This document shows positions 30,122 through 39,538 of a stretch of DNA of 64,000 nt, one piece after another. This DNA comes from an uncultured delta proteobacterium. Lineage in GTDB: Bacteria > Desulfobacterota > Binatia > UBA9968. Both the position numbers and the translations under genes were made by a program. The DNA lies in NCBI GenBank assembly GCA_963727625.1, contig CAVSHR010000005.1:128001-192000 (forward strand). The letters run 5' to 3'. The notes under the pieces were generated by a model. The model had not been told where the DNA came from and searched no databases. It worked only from the letters and a program-made list of their open reading frames with translations. Position 1 is the stretch's first letter; each line of letters opens with the position of its first letter.

Positions 30122-30499
30122 TCAGTTGATCAAGCCGGTAGTGCTGTCGAAACTGAAGTTCGGCTTGGTGCCGTTTGGCTTAGCCGCGGTAAGCGTGAAA
30201 GTGGATGGAGTGGTCACGTTGATCGTCAGGGTAACCCCGCTGGTTTGTCTGTATCCTACCAGTTGGATGGCGCTCAAACTCCCGGGATACGCCAAGAACT
30301 CACCGTAGTAACTTTCCATCGCGAGGGCGGCGTTTTTGAGATCCGAGCGCATGGCTGCGTCGATGGCGCGGCCGCGCAAAAGCGAAAATTGTTGCATCGC
30401 AATCGCCGCCAGAATTCCTAAAACCGCGACGACGACAATCAGCTCAAGAAGGGTGAATCCTTCGTCGGATGAGGCCTTTTTCAGTGGTTTGATCCGCAT
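30122..30499 (-). CDS. Type IV pilin-like protein
   Basis: Class III signal KKASSDEG|FTLLELIVVVAVLGILAAIA. Confidence 0.88.
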   Translation of the reverse strand: MRIKPLKKASSDEGFTLLELIVVVAVLGILAAIAMQQFSLLRGRAIDAAMRSDLKNAALAMESYYGEFLAYPGSLSAIQLVGYRQTSGVTLTINVTTPSTFTLTAAKPNGTKPNFSFDSTTGLIN

Positions 30500-30761
30500 T
30501 CCCTATTAAAACCCGGTATATTTTTTTCGAAGAAAATAACACAAGATTCTAAAAATCGCCAGGCATAACCGCGACTGGCTGTAGACGAGTTAGCTCAATT
30601 TTCATAAGAACAGGCTCTCCATGCCCGCCCGGTCAGTCGAACGCACATGGAGAGAGGCATTGCTCTCTGCGGCGAATTGACCGGTGCGTCGCAATCTTTC
30701 AACATCGACGCCGGGGTCGCACCCCCACCGTAAAGCCAATTTCAACGCAAGCGGTCGACGC

Positions 30762-31844
30762 TCACATCCCAAACATCGGCATGCGCGGCTCCGCGCCGCG
30801 CCGGCTGCACTCGTTCATGAACAGCTGATGGATCTCCGGGTTTTGATCCTGGTATTCGATTTGCGCGCCGCCGTTTTTTACATCTTCGCCGGTGTCCTTC
30901 AAGTCTTCCACCTTGAACTTGAAGCCCCACGGTTTGAGCGCCAGATAGCGCGCCGGCTCCGGGCCGGGGTTGAAATGCTGGTGCCACCACTGCATCGGCG
31001 GCGTGAACATGCTCATTCGTCCCCATTCGACGCGTTTCTTGGTACCGTACTCTCCTTCCGGCCAAAGAAAAGAATAGCCTGAACCGGTCAGCATCACGAT
31101 ATGCGCGCCGGCGCCGTGGCGGTGCGCCTTTTTGTATTTGCCGACGGGGAACTCGGAGATATGCGCGCTCATCGTGTTGTCGACGAACTCGAACAGAGTG
31201 GTGCGGTTGTCGCCGCCCCGTTCTTTGTAGTCCTTCGGCTGAAAACCCCAGAGATCGGCAATGAAGTTCGACTCCCACACGCGCCCCTTCTTCACCTCCG
31301 GAATATAGCGGCCGCCCTTGCCCCACTCGTCGGCGCCACCGCTATAGCGGTCGGAGAAGATAAAATTATTATTGAAAATATAGTCGAGATTGCGATAGCG
31401 GTTAACGACCAGCGGAGCATCGGTCAGAGAGATCATCCGCACCGGTTCGCCGCCCTGGGCGTTGAAGTGCTGGTGCCAGGTATTGAGCGGCGTGGAAAAT
31501 AAGCTTCCCTTCTGCCATTCCAAAGTGTGTTTTTTCCCGCCCTCGTTCCAGATCGTCGTTGCGCCCTGGCCTTGCAGGATGAAGACTGCCTTTTCATACA
31601 TGTGGCGCTGCGGCTTGAGCTGGCCGCCCGGCGCGATCTCCTCGACCACCGCATCGCACATGCCGCCGGCCCCGTCTTGGTTGACGAAGGCCGCCTTGCC
31701 GCCGCTGCGTTGCCAGTCGCCCAACTCGAGGGTCAAAAGATCCGGCACGATGAAGCCTTTGTGTACGGGTATCTCCTCCCACTCCTGGTAAATCTCGTAA
31801 GGGCTCTTCTCCGAAAACGCCGACGCTTCGTTCAATGATCTCAT
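30762..31844 (-). CDS. Bicupin protein of unknown function
   Basis: QRHMYE...WHQHFN and AHRHGAG...WHQHFN cupin motifs. Confidence 0.85.
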   Translation of the reverse strand: MRSLNEASAFSEKSPYEIYQEWEEIPVHKGFIVPDLLTLELGDWQRSGGKAAFVNQDGAGGMCDAVVEEIAPGGQLKPQRHMYEKAVFILQGQGATTIWNEGGKKHTLEWQKGSLFSTPLNTWHQHFNAQGGEPVRMISLTDAPLVVNRYRNLDYIFNNNFIFSDRYSGGADEWGKGGRYIPEVKKGRVWESNFIADLWGFQPKDYKERGGDNRTTLFEFVDNTMSAHISEFPVGKYKKAHRHGAGAHIVMLTGSGYSFLWPEGEYGTKKRVEWGRMSMFTPPMQWWHQHFNPGPEPARYLALKPWGFKFKVEDLKDTGEDVKNGGAQIEYQDQNPEIHQLFMNECSRRGAEPRMPMFGM

Positions 31845-31890
31845 GATTTTTCCTTTCATCTTGGCCGACGATGGAGTCGTCTATAATAAT

Positions 31891-32907
31891 TCAAGCCGCC
31901 TCTTCCCAGTAAAGCCCCAGGGCCGCCTTCGCCGGCCGGTCGTTGATCGAAAACAGCACCGCCTCATCCTCTGCACAGTTTTCATGTCGGTGCCAGGACC
32001 ACAGCGGTACAGTAAAAATATCACCCTCTTGCCATTCCAATACTTGCTTGCCGATGCTCGTGCGGCCGGAACCGCGGAAGGCATGGTAGATCACGTTGCT
32101 GGTATGCCGATGGGCTTGGGTCTTCTCGCGCGGCCGGAGCAGCTGGATTTCGCAACCCATCGTGCGTAGCGTCGGCCCGCCGTGGCCGGGATGAATATAG
32201 CGCAGCAGCACGCCGTCATAGGGATCGCATTCTAGCACCGCCATCTTTTGCAAAGTCTCGTAGGTCTCGGTCCACGGATAGCGGAATGGCAAATCTTTAG
32301 CTTCGCTCAGTGCCTCCGGCGGACGGGCAAAGCCATATTTGTAGAGGCTGAAATTCGGGCTCGTCTCCACCGGCTGTTGATCGCGTCCGAAGCCTTGCAC
32401 GGCGATCATGTCCAGCGACTTGACCAGCGGGCCGTCATGGCCGTCGAGCCAAACGATGTCCTCGGCCGAAGCGTTTAAGTGATCATGCCAGCACCAGTTC
32501 GGCGTCAATACCAAATCTCCCGGCGCCATGCTGAAGCGCTCGCCGTTCACCGTGGTAAAGGCGCCTTGCCCTTTGACCACGAAACGGATCGCCGTGATCG
32601 AGTGGCGATGGGCTTTGGCGACTTCGCCGGGCTTCACCAGCTGCACGGATAGATGCACCGTCGTCGAAACGCCGGTGGGGCCGGGTATGCCGGGATTCAT
32701 GAGTCTAATGGTGCGCCGCTCGGATTGTTCCAGGCTCACCAGCTCGCGCGCCTGCATCAAACCGTGATAAATCTCCGGCCATCGCCATAGATGGGCTTGC
32801 GCCGCAGCTTTGGGCTCGGTGTCATGACCGAACTCGACGATGTTCTCCGCCCAAAAGCCGGCCATATGCTTGGCGCGGAGCTCGCGATTGAGATCGTCGA
32901 GATTCAT
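31891..32907 (-). CDS. Gentisate 1,2-dioxygenase-like bicupin
   Basis: ERRTIRLMNPG, AHRHSITAIRF, LVLTPNWCWHDH, HRHTSN. Confidence 0.85.
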   Translation of the reverse strand: MNLDDLNRELRAKHMAGFWAENIVEFGHDTEPKAAAQAHLWRWPEIYHGLMQARELVSLEQSERRTIRLMNPGIPGPTGVSTTVHLSVQLVKPGEVAKAHRHSITAIRFVVKGQGAFTTVNGERFSMAPGDLVLTPNWCWHDHLNASAEDIVWLDGHDGPLVKSLDMIAVQGFGRDQQPVETSPNFSLYKYGFARPPEALSEAKDLPFRYPWTETYETLQKMAVLECDPYDGVLLRYIHPGHGGPTLRTMGCEIQLLRPREKTQAHRHTSNVIYHAFRGSGRTSIGKQVLEWQEGDIFTVPLWSWHRHENCAEDEAVLFSINDRPAKAALGLYWEEAA

Positions 32908-32936
32908 GGTCAATTCCGAGCAGGTAAACGTCGAGG

Positions 32937-33641
32937 CTATTGAATCTGTTGCATGTAGAAACCAAGCGCGCCGCGATAGGCGCGGTCGACAGCCATCGAC
33001 TCCCGCGCGCCCTTTAGCACGAGATCGCGATCTTCGGTGGTTTTAACGTAGCGTTCGAACATCTCGGAAATGTTTTCCGAGTGCTCGGTATCGGCGACCA
33101 CGTGGACGTCGAGCGAAATCATTTTTTTCAAATTGATGCCCATCTCGTTCTCAAACTTCTTGCCGACCCGGTAGGACATGCCGCCGCCCTTGACGATCTT
33201 GCCGTTGTTGCGCCGCTCGAGCATGTGCGACGCGGTATACGCGCTCAGCCAGTGGTTAGACATGGCGATATGATGCCAGGCGTGGAAACAGGCCTCCACC
33301 ATCGCCGGCACTTGGGCCTTCTCGAAATCCTCCGGCTTGAGACCGATGACCTCGCCCTGTTTGACCGTCAGAGCGTAGTGATCCATGCCGCAACGGGGAT
33401 CGTTCACCAATTCGTCGCTTTCATGCTCCCAGATAACCCGCTTCACTTCCAAGGGTGCGCCGCCCTGCACATAGCCCCAGCAGTCGCGCCGATTGGCGGT
33501 GTACAACGCATTTTGCACGACGTAAAACCTGCCCCGCTCCAGAGTCAACGGCACACTGAGGAACGTCTTGAACTCAACGCTTTCGAACTGGTCGTTGACC
33601 ATTTGGTCCAGGGTTTTCAGCAGGTCGTCCACGATATTCAT
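32937..33641 (-). CDS. Heme-oxygenase-like diiron enzyme (PqqC/CADD/TenA superfamily), copy 1
   Basis: HESDEL...DH, LE, HVVADTEH (H-x3-D-x2-H) ligand set; start reassigned to MNIVDD. Confidence 0.78.
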   Translation of the reverse strand: MNIVDDLLKTLDQMVNDQFESVEFKTFLSVPLTLERGRFYVVQNALYTANRRDCWGYVQGGAPLEVKRVIWEHESDELVNDPRCGMDHYALTVKQGEVIGLKPEDFEKAQVPAMVEACFHAWHHIAMSNHWLSAYTASHMLERRNNGKIVKGGGMSYRVGKKFENEMGINLKKMISLDVHVVADTEHSENISEMFERYVKTTEDRDLVLKGARESMAVDRAYRGALGFYMQQIQ

Positions 33642-33685
33642 AAATTCTTTTTGCCTCCGTGTTTCGTTTGACGGCTGGATCGCTC

Positions 33686-34408
33686 TTAGGTCAGCGCCTC
33701 CATCATATCGGCGAGATGGCCCCGGTAGACCCGGTCTATCATCAAACTCTGTTTGGCGCCGCTCAGGATCGACCGGCGCGCCGATTCGGTCCTGGCGTAT
33801 TTGCATGCTACCTGCATCAACAGATGAGCGTGTTCCACGTCCATCACCACATGCTCGGCGTTGTTCACTTGTTTTTTCATCGGGATGCCGAGGTCGCGCT
33901 CGAACATGGCGCCGATACGGGAAGACAAAGAGCCGCCCTGAATCAGCTCGCCGGAGTTGCGCATTTCGAGTATGGCCGAACCGGCCATCGCTTCCAGCCA
34001 AGGTCGTTGCGCTAGACGAATCCATGCGCTAAAGCAAACTTCGCCGCCCTCCAGACGCGCCGTGCGCTCGAAGGCTTCCGCGCTCAGCCCCAACACCTTG
34101 CCCTCTTTGACCGCCAGCGTAATGTGGTCGATTTTGCCTTCCGCCTTCCGGCCCATAAGCTCGTCTTCCTCATGCTGCCAGATGAGCTTTTTGATATCGA
34201 GCGGCGCCGAGCCCTGCACATAGCCCCAGCCGTCGCGCCGGTTTTGCACGTAGTAAGCCATTTGAATGGAGTAATGTTGCGCTCGCTCCTTGGTAAATTT
34301 CATTCCAAGCAAGCGCCGGAACGGCTCAGAGTCATACTGCTCGTTACAGAGTCGAACCAGCTCTTGCCACATGGACTCTACGCTATCGGCTGCTTTGTTC
34401 ACTGACAT
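33686..34408 (-). CDS. Heme-oxygenase-like diiron enzyme, copy 2 (paralog of copy 1)
   Basis: NRRDGWGYVQG, HEEDEL...DH, LE, HVVMDVEH. Confidence 0.78.
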   Translation of the reverse strand: MSVNKAADSVESMWQELVRLCNEQYDSEPFRRLLGMKFTKERAQHYSIQMAYYVQNRRDGWGYVQGSAPLDIKKLIWQHEEDELMGRKAEGKIDHITLAVKEGKVLGLSAEAFERTARLEGGEVCFSAWIRLAQRPWLEAMAGSAILEMRNSGELIQGGSLSSRIGAMFERDLGIPMKKQVNNAEHVVMDVEHAHLLMQVACKYARTESARRSILSGAKQSLMIDRVYRGHLADMMEALT

Positions 34409-34616
34409 CTCTCCCCAAGTAATAGATTTTCCGGTTGCATCGCTCGCGCTGTTTGCATCATCCGACGCCAAAACGGCACGACGCATTTTCACTTACCGGC
34501 ACTCATCCCTTTTGGTTTTTAACACATGCGAGTTTCCGCTGTCCAACCAAGGAAGGCAGTCGGCAATAGCAACCAAGCTGAGGATCACTTTAGAGACTAT
34601 GCGATTCGTCGTCACT

Positions 34617-36086
34617 TCACACCCCGAAAGCCAAGCTCTTGATCACCACCGGGACAAAACCCTCACCCGGCACCACTTCGCCGACATCGATAAAGTCGAG
34701 TTCGCTCAGCCCAACCTCGTCGATACATGGCATATTCCAGTTCACCGATAACATGCCGCCGACCACTTGACCTATGTTCTGGACGAATACTAGAGCCACC
34801 GGCCGATCTTCCGCGGCTAATTCCGCCAACGCGTGATCGATACCCCGGGCCATCTCTTGCACCGCGCCGTAACCGGAGAATGGCGGCGTCGAAAACGCCA
34901 GCACGAAAGCCGTGCCGCGCACTTCGGAATCGCGCGCGGCGAGCATTTTCATGACCGCTGCGGCGGTGTTCTCTGCAACCGGCGCCTGCCAATCGACTTC
35001 GGCGACAAACACCCGCAGGTTGCGCACCGGCAGCTCCAGGCTCGCCGGGACGAAAATCGTTTCGCCGCTCAATTGCACGGTGTACTGCGACGCGCCGATC
35101 ACTGTGGCGCGGATGCCTTCCCCGGCTTCGAGAATGTTGAAACTCCTCTCTTCCGCCTGAGTTCGCAGCGCCCGCCCGAGATAAGGACCCAAATCGCCGA
35201 AGACTGCCGCTTCACGGCCATAGATATATTCACTCACGCCGCCGGAAAAAAGAATCCCATCGATGGCGGGAAGCTCACCCAGCGGCGCCGTGACGTAAAA
35301 ATCATCCCAAGGCTCGGCGCCGGCCGCCAACGCTTCGAATAGCGCCCGGGCCATGCGGCGCGCCAGCCGATCGCGCAAATCGCCGCTGACTTTGGCGCCC
35401 ATGTCGAGCGCTTGGCCGAGATCTTGGAGAAAGCGCCGTCCCCCCTTTTCCAATCGGACGATCGTCTCGTCGCCGTCGTGGGCAACCAGCCGCGCGCCGA
35501 TATTGACCGCTGTAGTCGCGCGGATCTTGCCTTTATCGATCACGCTGACCTTCGTCGTGCCGCCGCCGACGTCGATATTGAGCAACGCGAGGCCTTGCTC
35601 GCGGCTCTGCTGCACGGCGCCGGAGCCGTGCGCCGCCATGATCGTTTCCAACCTCGGGCCGGCGGTGGCGCAGACGAAGCGGCCGCTTTCATCGGAAAAC
35701 AGCTCGGCGATTTTTTGCGCATTGTCGCGCCGCGCCGCCTCGCCGGTGATGATCACCGCGCCGGTGTCGATATTATCGCGTGTGAGTCCGGCCTGCTGAA
35801 AAGTAGCGTCGACCAGCTCCTTCAGCGGGCCAGCTTCGATGCTCCAATCGCCGCTAAACGGCGTCAGCAATATCGGCGAGCGCGCAATCACATCACGCTC
35901 GAGCACGATCGGCTTTCGCTGCAGCACCGAGGGATAGCCGATCAACAACCGGGAAAACATCAAATGGGAAGTCGAAGAGCCGATATCGATACCGACGCTG
36001 GTCAGATGGGTGTGCGGCCCCGCGGCGCCTTCGTGGTCATGGCCATGGTCGCCGTGGCCGGGATGTTCGTGCGTGGTAATCGCCAT
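34617..36086 (-). CDS. EutA-like ASKHA-fold ATPase with His-rich N-terminus
   Basis: VGIDIGSSTS, GAVIITGEAAR, FVCATAGP.LE, NIDVGGGTTK, IRATVIGA, VPVVIKSL. Confidence 0.88.
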   Translation of the reverse strand: MAITTHEHPGHGDHGHDHEGAAGPHTHLTSVGIDIGSSTSHLMFSRLLIGYPSVLQRKPIVLERDVIARSPILLTPFSGDWSIEAGPLKELVDATFQQAGLTRDNIDTGAVIITGEAARRDNAQKIAELFSDESGRFVCATAGPRLETIMAAHGSGAVQQSREQGLALLNIDVGGGTTKVSVIDKGKIRATTAVNIGARLVAHDGDETIVRLEKGGRRFLQDLGQALDMGAKVSGDLRDRLARRMARALFEALAAGAEPWDDFYVTAPLGELPAIDGILFSGGVSEYIYGREAAVFGDLGPYLGRALRTQAEERSFNILEAGEGIRATVIGASQYTVQLSGETIFVPASLELPVRNLRVFVAEVDWQAPVAENTAAAVMKMLAARDSEVRGTAFVLAFSTPPFSGYGAVQEMARGIDHALAELAAEDRPVALVFVQNIGQVVGGMLSVNWNMPCIDEVGLSELDFIDVGEVVPGEGFVPVVIKSLAFGV

Positions 36087-36099
36087 CTTAGTCTCGGCT

Positions 36100-37056
36100 C
36101 TAGGTCCGAGCGGGTTCGTCGATAGGCACGAACAGATCGGCGATGGTCATTTTTTTCGCCAGCAGCCCCTGCTCGTCGGCATAGCGGATCAAGGCGTAAA
36201 GCGCCTTTTCATTGCCTTTGATGCCGAACTTCCACGGATCAGCGCCCAGCACCGCTTGCTGCTCTTCCCAGAGCTGGCGGTTCCACGCGAAGTTCGAATA
36301 GGTGGCGTCGGCGTCATCGCGCAGGGCCAAATTTTTCGCTGCGAGGCAGGCGTCGAACATCTCCTGGGCGGCGCCGGCATATTTTTCCAAGTAGGACGAA
36401 TGAAACGTAATCGCGTGGCTGGTCGGAAAAACTCCGGTGCGCCTATAATAGTCCTGCTCCACGGCCTTCGAGTCGGCGAGTAGCCGGCGCCAGCCCTTCT
36501 CCTCGGGAAAATCCGGCACGATGATCGCATCGAACTCGCCTTTGAGCATGCGCGCCGCCAGCGACCCTTGCCCCGCCACGACGTCGAGTCGAATGCCCGC
36601 CGGCAAGGACAATTCCACCTTGTTGGGACGCGGCATGACCCAGTGGATGTCCTGCGGCTTGACGCCGTATTCTTCGCTCAGCACACCGCGCGCCCACAAA
36701 CCGCAGGTGTTGAGCCAGCTCGGGATACCGACCTTTTTGCCTTTGAGGTCGGCGGGCGCTTTGAGCAGTGAAGTTTCCGGCACAAATATATAAGATTGGC
36801 GAAACTTGCGGTTGGGAAACACCGGGATCGCCATGAAAGGCCTGCCACGGCTCTTGAGCGCGCAGTAGTTGGCCAGAGAAAATTCTCCGGTATCGTATTT
36901 CCCTTCGAGAAACTGCTCATGGCCATAGCCATCGTCTTCGAAAGGCACCGCCTTGAGCTCGAAGTTTTTCATCTTGACGCGGCCGTCGCATAAAGGGCGC
37001 GCGCGCAGGTGGTAGCCCGCGGCCAATGACAACACCGGTTTTTGACTGTCGCTCAT
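36100..37056 (-). CDS. 4,5-dihydroxyphthalate decarboxylase-like PBP-fold protein (cytoplasmic)
   Basis: AIPVFPNRKFRQSYI, W.RG.L, DYYRRTGVFP, DPWKFGI..N; no signal peptide. Confidence 0.78.
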   Translation of the reverse strand: MSDSQKPVLSLAAGYHLRARPLCDGRVKMKNFELKAVPFEDDGYGHEQFLEGKYDTGEFSLANYCALKSRGRPFMAIPVFPNRKFRQSYIFVPETSLLKAPADLKGKKVGIPSWLNTCGLWARGVLSEEYGVKPQDIHWVMPRPNKVELSLPAGIRLDVVAGQGSLAARMLKGEFDAIIVPDFPEEKGWRRLLADSKAVEQDYYRRTGVFPTSHAITFHSSYLEKYAGAAQEMFDACLAAKNLALRDDADATYSNFAWNRQLWEEQQAVLGADPWKFGIKGNEKALYALIRYADEQGLLAKKMTIADLFVPIDEPART

Positions 37057-37988
37057 CGCAAACTCCTAAGGATGGAATAGTCGACCGCGTCGTTGAACGC
37101 CACGCTTTTTTGGTTTTCGCTGCGCGCGTAGGGGCCCTCGAGGGCCTTTTTCAATCGCGCTTCGGGCATGATCATGTCGTCGAGCATCACTTCACGAATT
37201 TCGTTATAGGCGTTCTCGGCGATCCGGTCGCTCACTTTGAAGCTTTGACGGATATAATCGACGCTGCCGGCACGGTCCTGCTTGATCCGTCGAAACGATT
37301 CGAGCAGCGCCTTGAGGCTTTTGCGCACGCGCTCCGGATGATTGCGCAGCCGCGCCTGGCTCGTCACCATGCCGTTGAACGGCGACTCGACCACGTCGCC
37401 GGTCTTGGCCAGGACTTTGAAACCTTGAAGCGCCATCTCGCCGGTAAACGGCGGGCTCAACACCGAGGCATCGAGCGAGCCCTGCTGCAGGCCGATCATG
37501 CTGACGATCGTGCTGCCGGTTTGGATAAAGGTTACTTTCTTAATGTCGACACCGTTCTGCGTCAGCATCCATACGGCTGAGTTGTGGCTTTCGGAGCCGA
37601 TCCGCGACACTCCGACTTTTTTCCCCTCTAAATCCTTCGGGCGCTTGACGGCGGTACCGCCCACCAAAGAAAACAGCGGCGCGCGGTAAAGCACTGCCAG
37701 AACCTTAAGCGGCGCTCCCTTGCGCACCGCGTCAATGGCGGTACCGACACCGGACATGAAATCGAGCTCGCCCGAGACCACGCCGGCGACCTGCAGGTTG
37801 CTGCGCATTTGAATGATCTCGGCGCCCAATCCTTCTCTGCCGAAGAAACCATTATCCTTGGCAAAGAAGTAAGGCATCAAGACAACGTTGCGCACGGACA
37901 CCGCGATCCGCACCCGGTCCTGCGCCGGCGCGGAAGCCGCGGACAACAGCACGATGACGGCAAGGGCGGATGGTCGGAGCGATTTCAT
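37053..37988 (-). CDS. NMT1/SsuA-like substrate-binding protein
   Basis: Signal peptide; DLEGKKVGVSRIGS, LSPPF. Confidence 0.85.
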   Translation of the reverse strand: MKSLRPSALAVIVLLSAASAPAQDRVRIAVSVRNVVLMPYFFAKDNGFFGREGLGAEIIQMRSNLQVAGVVSGELDFMSGVGTAIDAVRKGAPLKVLAVLYRAPLFSLVGGTAVKRPKDLEGKKVGVSRIGSESHNSAVWMLTQNGVDIKKVTFIQTGSTIVSMIGLQQGSLDASVLSPPFTGEMALQGFKVLAKTGDVVESPFNGMVTSQARLRNHPERVRKSLKALLESFRRIKQDRAGSVDYIRQSFKVSDRIAENAYNEIREVMLDDMIMPEARLKKALEGPYARSENQKSVAFNDAVDYSILRSLR

Positions 37989-37991
37989 AAA

Positions 37992-38936
37992 TCACTTAAG
38001 GCCGCGCAGCAAGGAGAAGTCGAACATATCGGCGGCTTTCAATCGCTTGGGAAGCTCCCCCCGCACGTAAGAATCGTCCAGATATTTTTGAATCTTCTCA
38101 CCGCTGAGCATCAATGAATCCACCATCACGCCATCGATCTCGTCGTAGGATGCCGAGGCGTTCGCCGCGCTCACCTTGAAGTTCTTCCCGATGTAAGAAA
38201 CCACCGCCGGTTTGTCGCGCCGGATCAGCGCCGTAACTTCCCGCATGGAGCGCAGCATGTTGCGCACCTGCTCGGGTTGGCGCTCGACTTTCTGGCGATT
38301 GGCCACCAGGCCGAGCCATGGCACTTCGGCGAGGGAGCGGCTCCGGCCCAGGATCTTGTATCCCTTTTCAGCCATGATTCCCGTAAAGGGCGGGCTAAGC
38401 ACCGCCGCGTTGACCGAGCCCTGTTGGATCGCGGTCAAGCTCACCGTCGTGCTGCCGGTTTGAATAAAAGTCACCTTCTTCGGATCGCCGCCGCCGTGCT
38501 CGATCATCCGCGAGCCATATCGATAGCTCTCCGAGCCGATCCGCGATACTGCGACTTTCTTGCCTTCCAGTTCCTTCACGCTCGCAACCCCCGCCGGGCT
38601 CACTAGAGCAAAAAGCGGCGCGCTGTACAGTACCGCCAGCGCTTTCAACGGCATGCCGTTGGCGAACGCGGCGCCCGCCGGCCCCACCGATGGCGTGTAA
38701 TCGATCTCCCCGGAAGCCAAGCCGGCAAGCTGCAAGTCGCTGCGCATCTGGATGATCTCGACGTTGAGTCCGTGCTTTTCAAAGATTTTCCTATCTTTGG
38801 CGTAATAGAAAGGCAGGAACACCACGTTGCGCACGGAAAGACCCAGGCGCACCCGCTCCTGCGCCGACACCGGCGCCAGTGAATACGATCCGATCAAAAC
38901 GGTAACCAATAGTGCAAGTTTTAGTCTAAGATTCAT
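37992..38936 (-). CDS. NMT1/SsuA-like substrate-binding protein (paralog of the adjacent gene)
   Basis: Signal peptide; SVRNVV, IIQMRS, VSRIGSES, FIQTGST shared with the neighbour. Confidence 0.85.
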   Translation of the reverse strand: MNLRLKLALLVTVLIGSYSLAPVSAQERVRLGLSVRNVVFLPFYYAKDRKIFEKHGLNVEIIQMRSDLQLAGLASGEIDYTPSVGPAGAAFANGMPLKALAVLYSAPLFALVSPAGVASVKELEGKKVAVSRIGSESYRYGSRMIEHGGGDPKKVTFIQTGSTTVSLTAIQQGSVNAAVLSPPFTGIMAEKGYKILGRSRSLAEVPWLGLVANRQKVERQPEQVRNMLRSMREVTALIRRDKPAVVSYIGKNFKVSAANASASYDEIDGVMVDSLMLSGEKIQKYLDDSYVRGELPKRLKAADMFDFSLLRGLK

Positions 38937-38966
38937 CTCGCAATTAACCCTCCCGATAAAGTAAAC

Positions 38967-39371
38967 TCAATTTAAGCAGTCCTCGCGTTGACCTCGGCAC
39001 TGAGCACAATGCTCGATGATTTCATATTTCGATCGGTCGGCGTAATGGTACGGTCCGACATGGCCCACCGCTTCGGCGCCGATCGCCTTGGCGTGCTTGC
39101 CTAGATCGATGGCGGTAAATGGATCGACGGAACCGATATGCACGACTACAGGCACACGATGCTTGACCCGCTGGATGATGATTTCCGCCACCTTCTTTCG
39201 TTCCTCCGGCGTCATCGCCGGCCCCTGGCCATAGGAACCCAAAACGAAAAACGCCTGCACGCCACACGCGATATACCAGTCGGTCAGCTCGCCCATGAGT
39301 TTTTCATCGACGCGCCCATCGTCGAGAAACACCGTCGGACTGGGCAAGACGATGCCCCTAACCTGTTCCAT
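38967..39371 (-). pseudogene. 3'-truncated dihydrodipicolinate synthase/NAL-family aldolase
   Basis: PTVFLDDGRVD, FVLGSYGQG, RVPVVVHIG; ends after about 134 aa, before the Tyr/Lys catalytic half. Confidence 0.72.
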
Positions 39372-39538
39372 CCCAGTACAACCTCCTGCTAAAGACGGCG
39401 CTCCGATCCGCGCTGTCAATCTTTCACCGCAGAGGACGCGAAGATTCGACTCGCCAGCATTGCCCAAGCCTCGCGCTAACTTCGTTTACTTTTCTATTCA
39501 GATAGCACTGCCCCAGTCAACCGCACATCGAACCCTTG

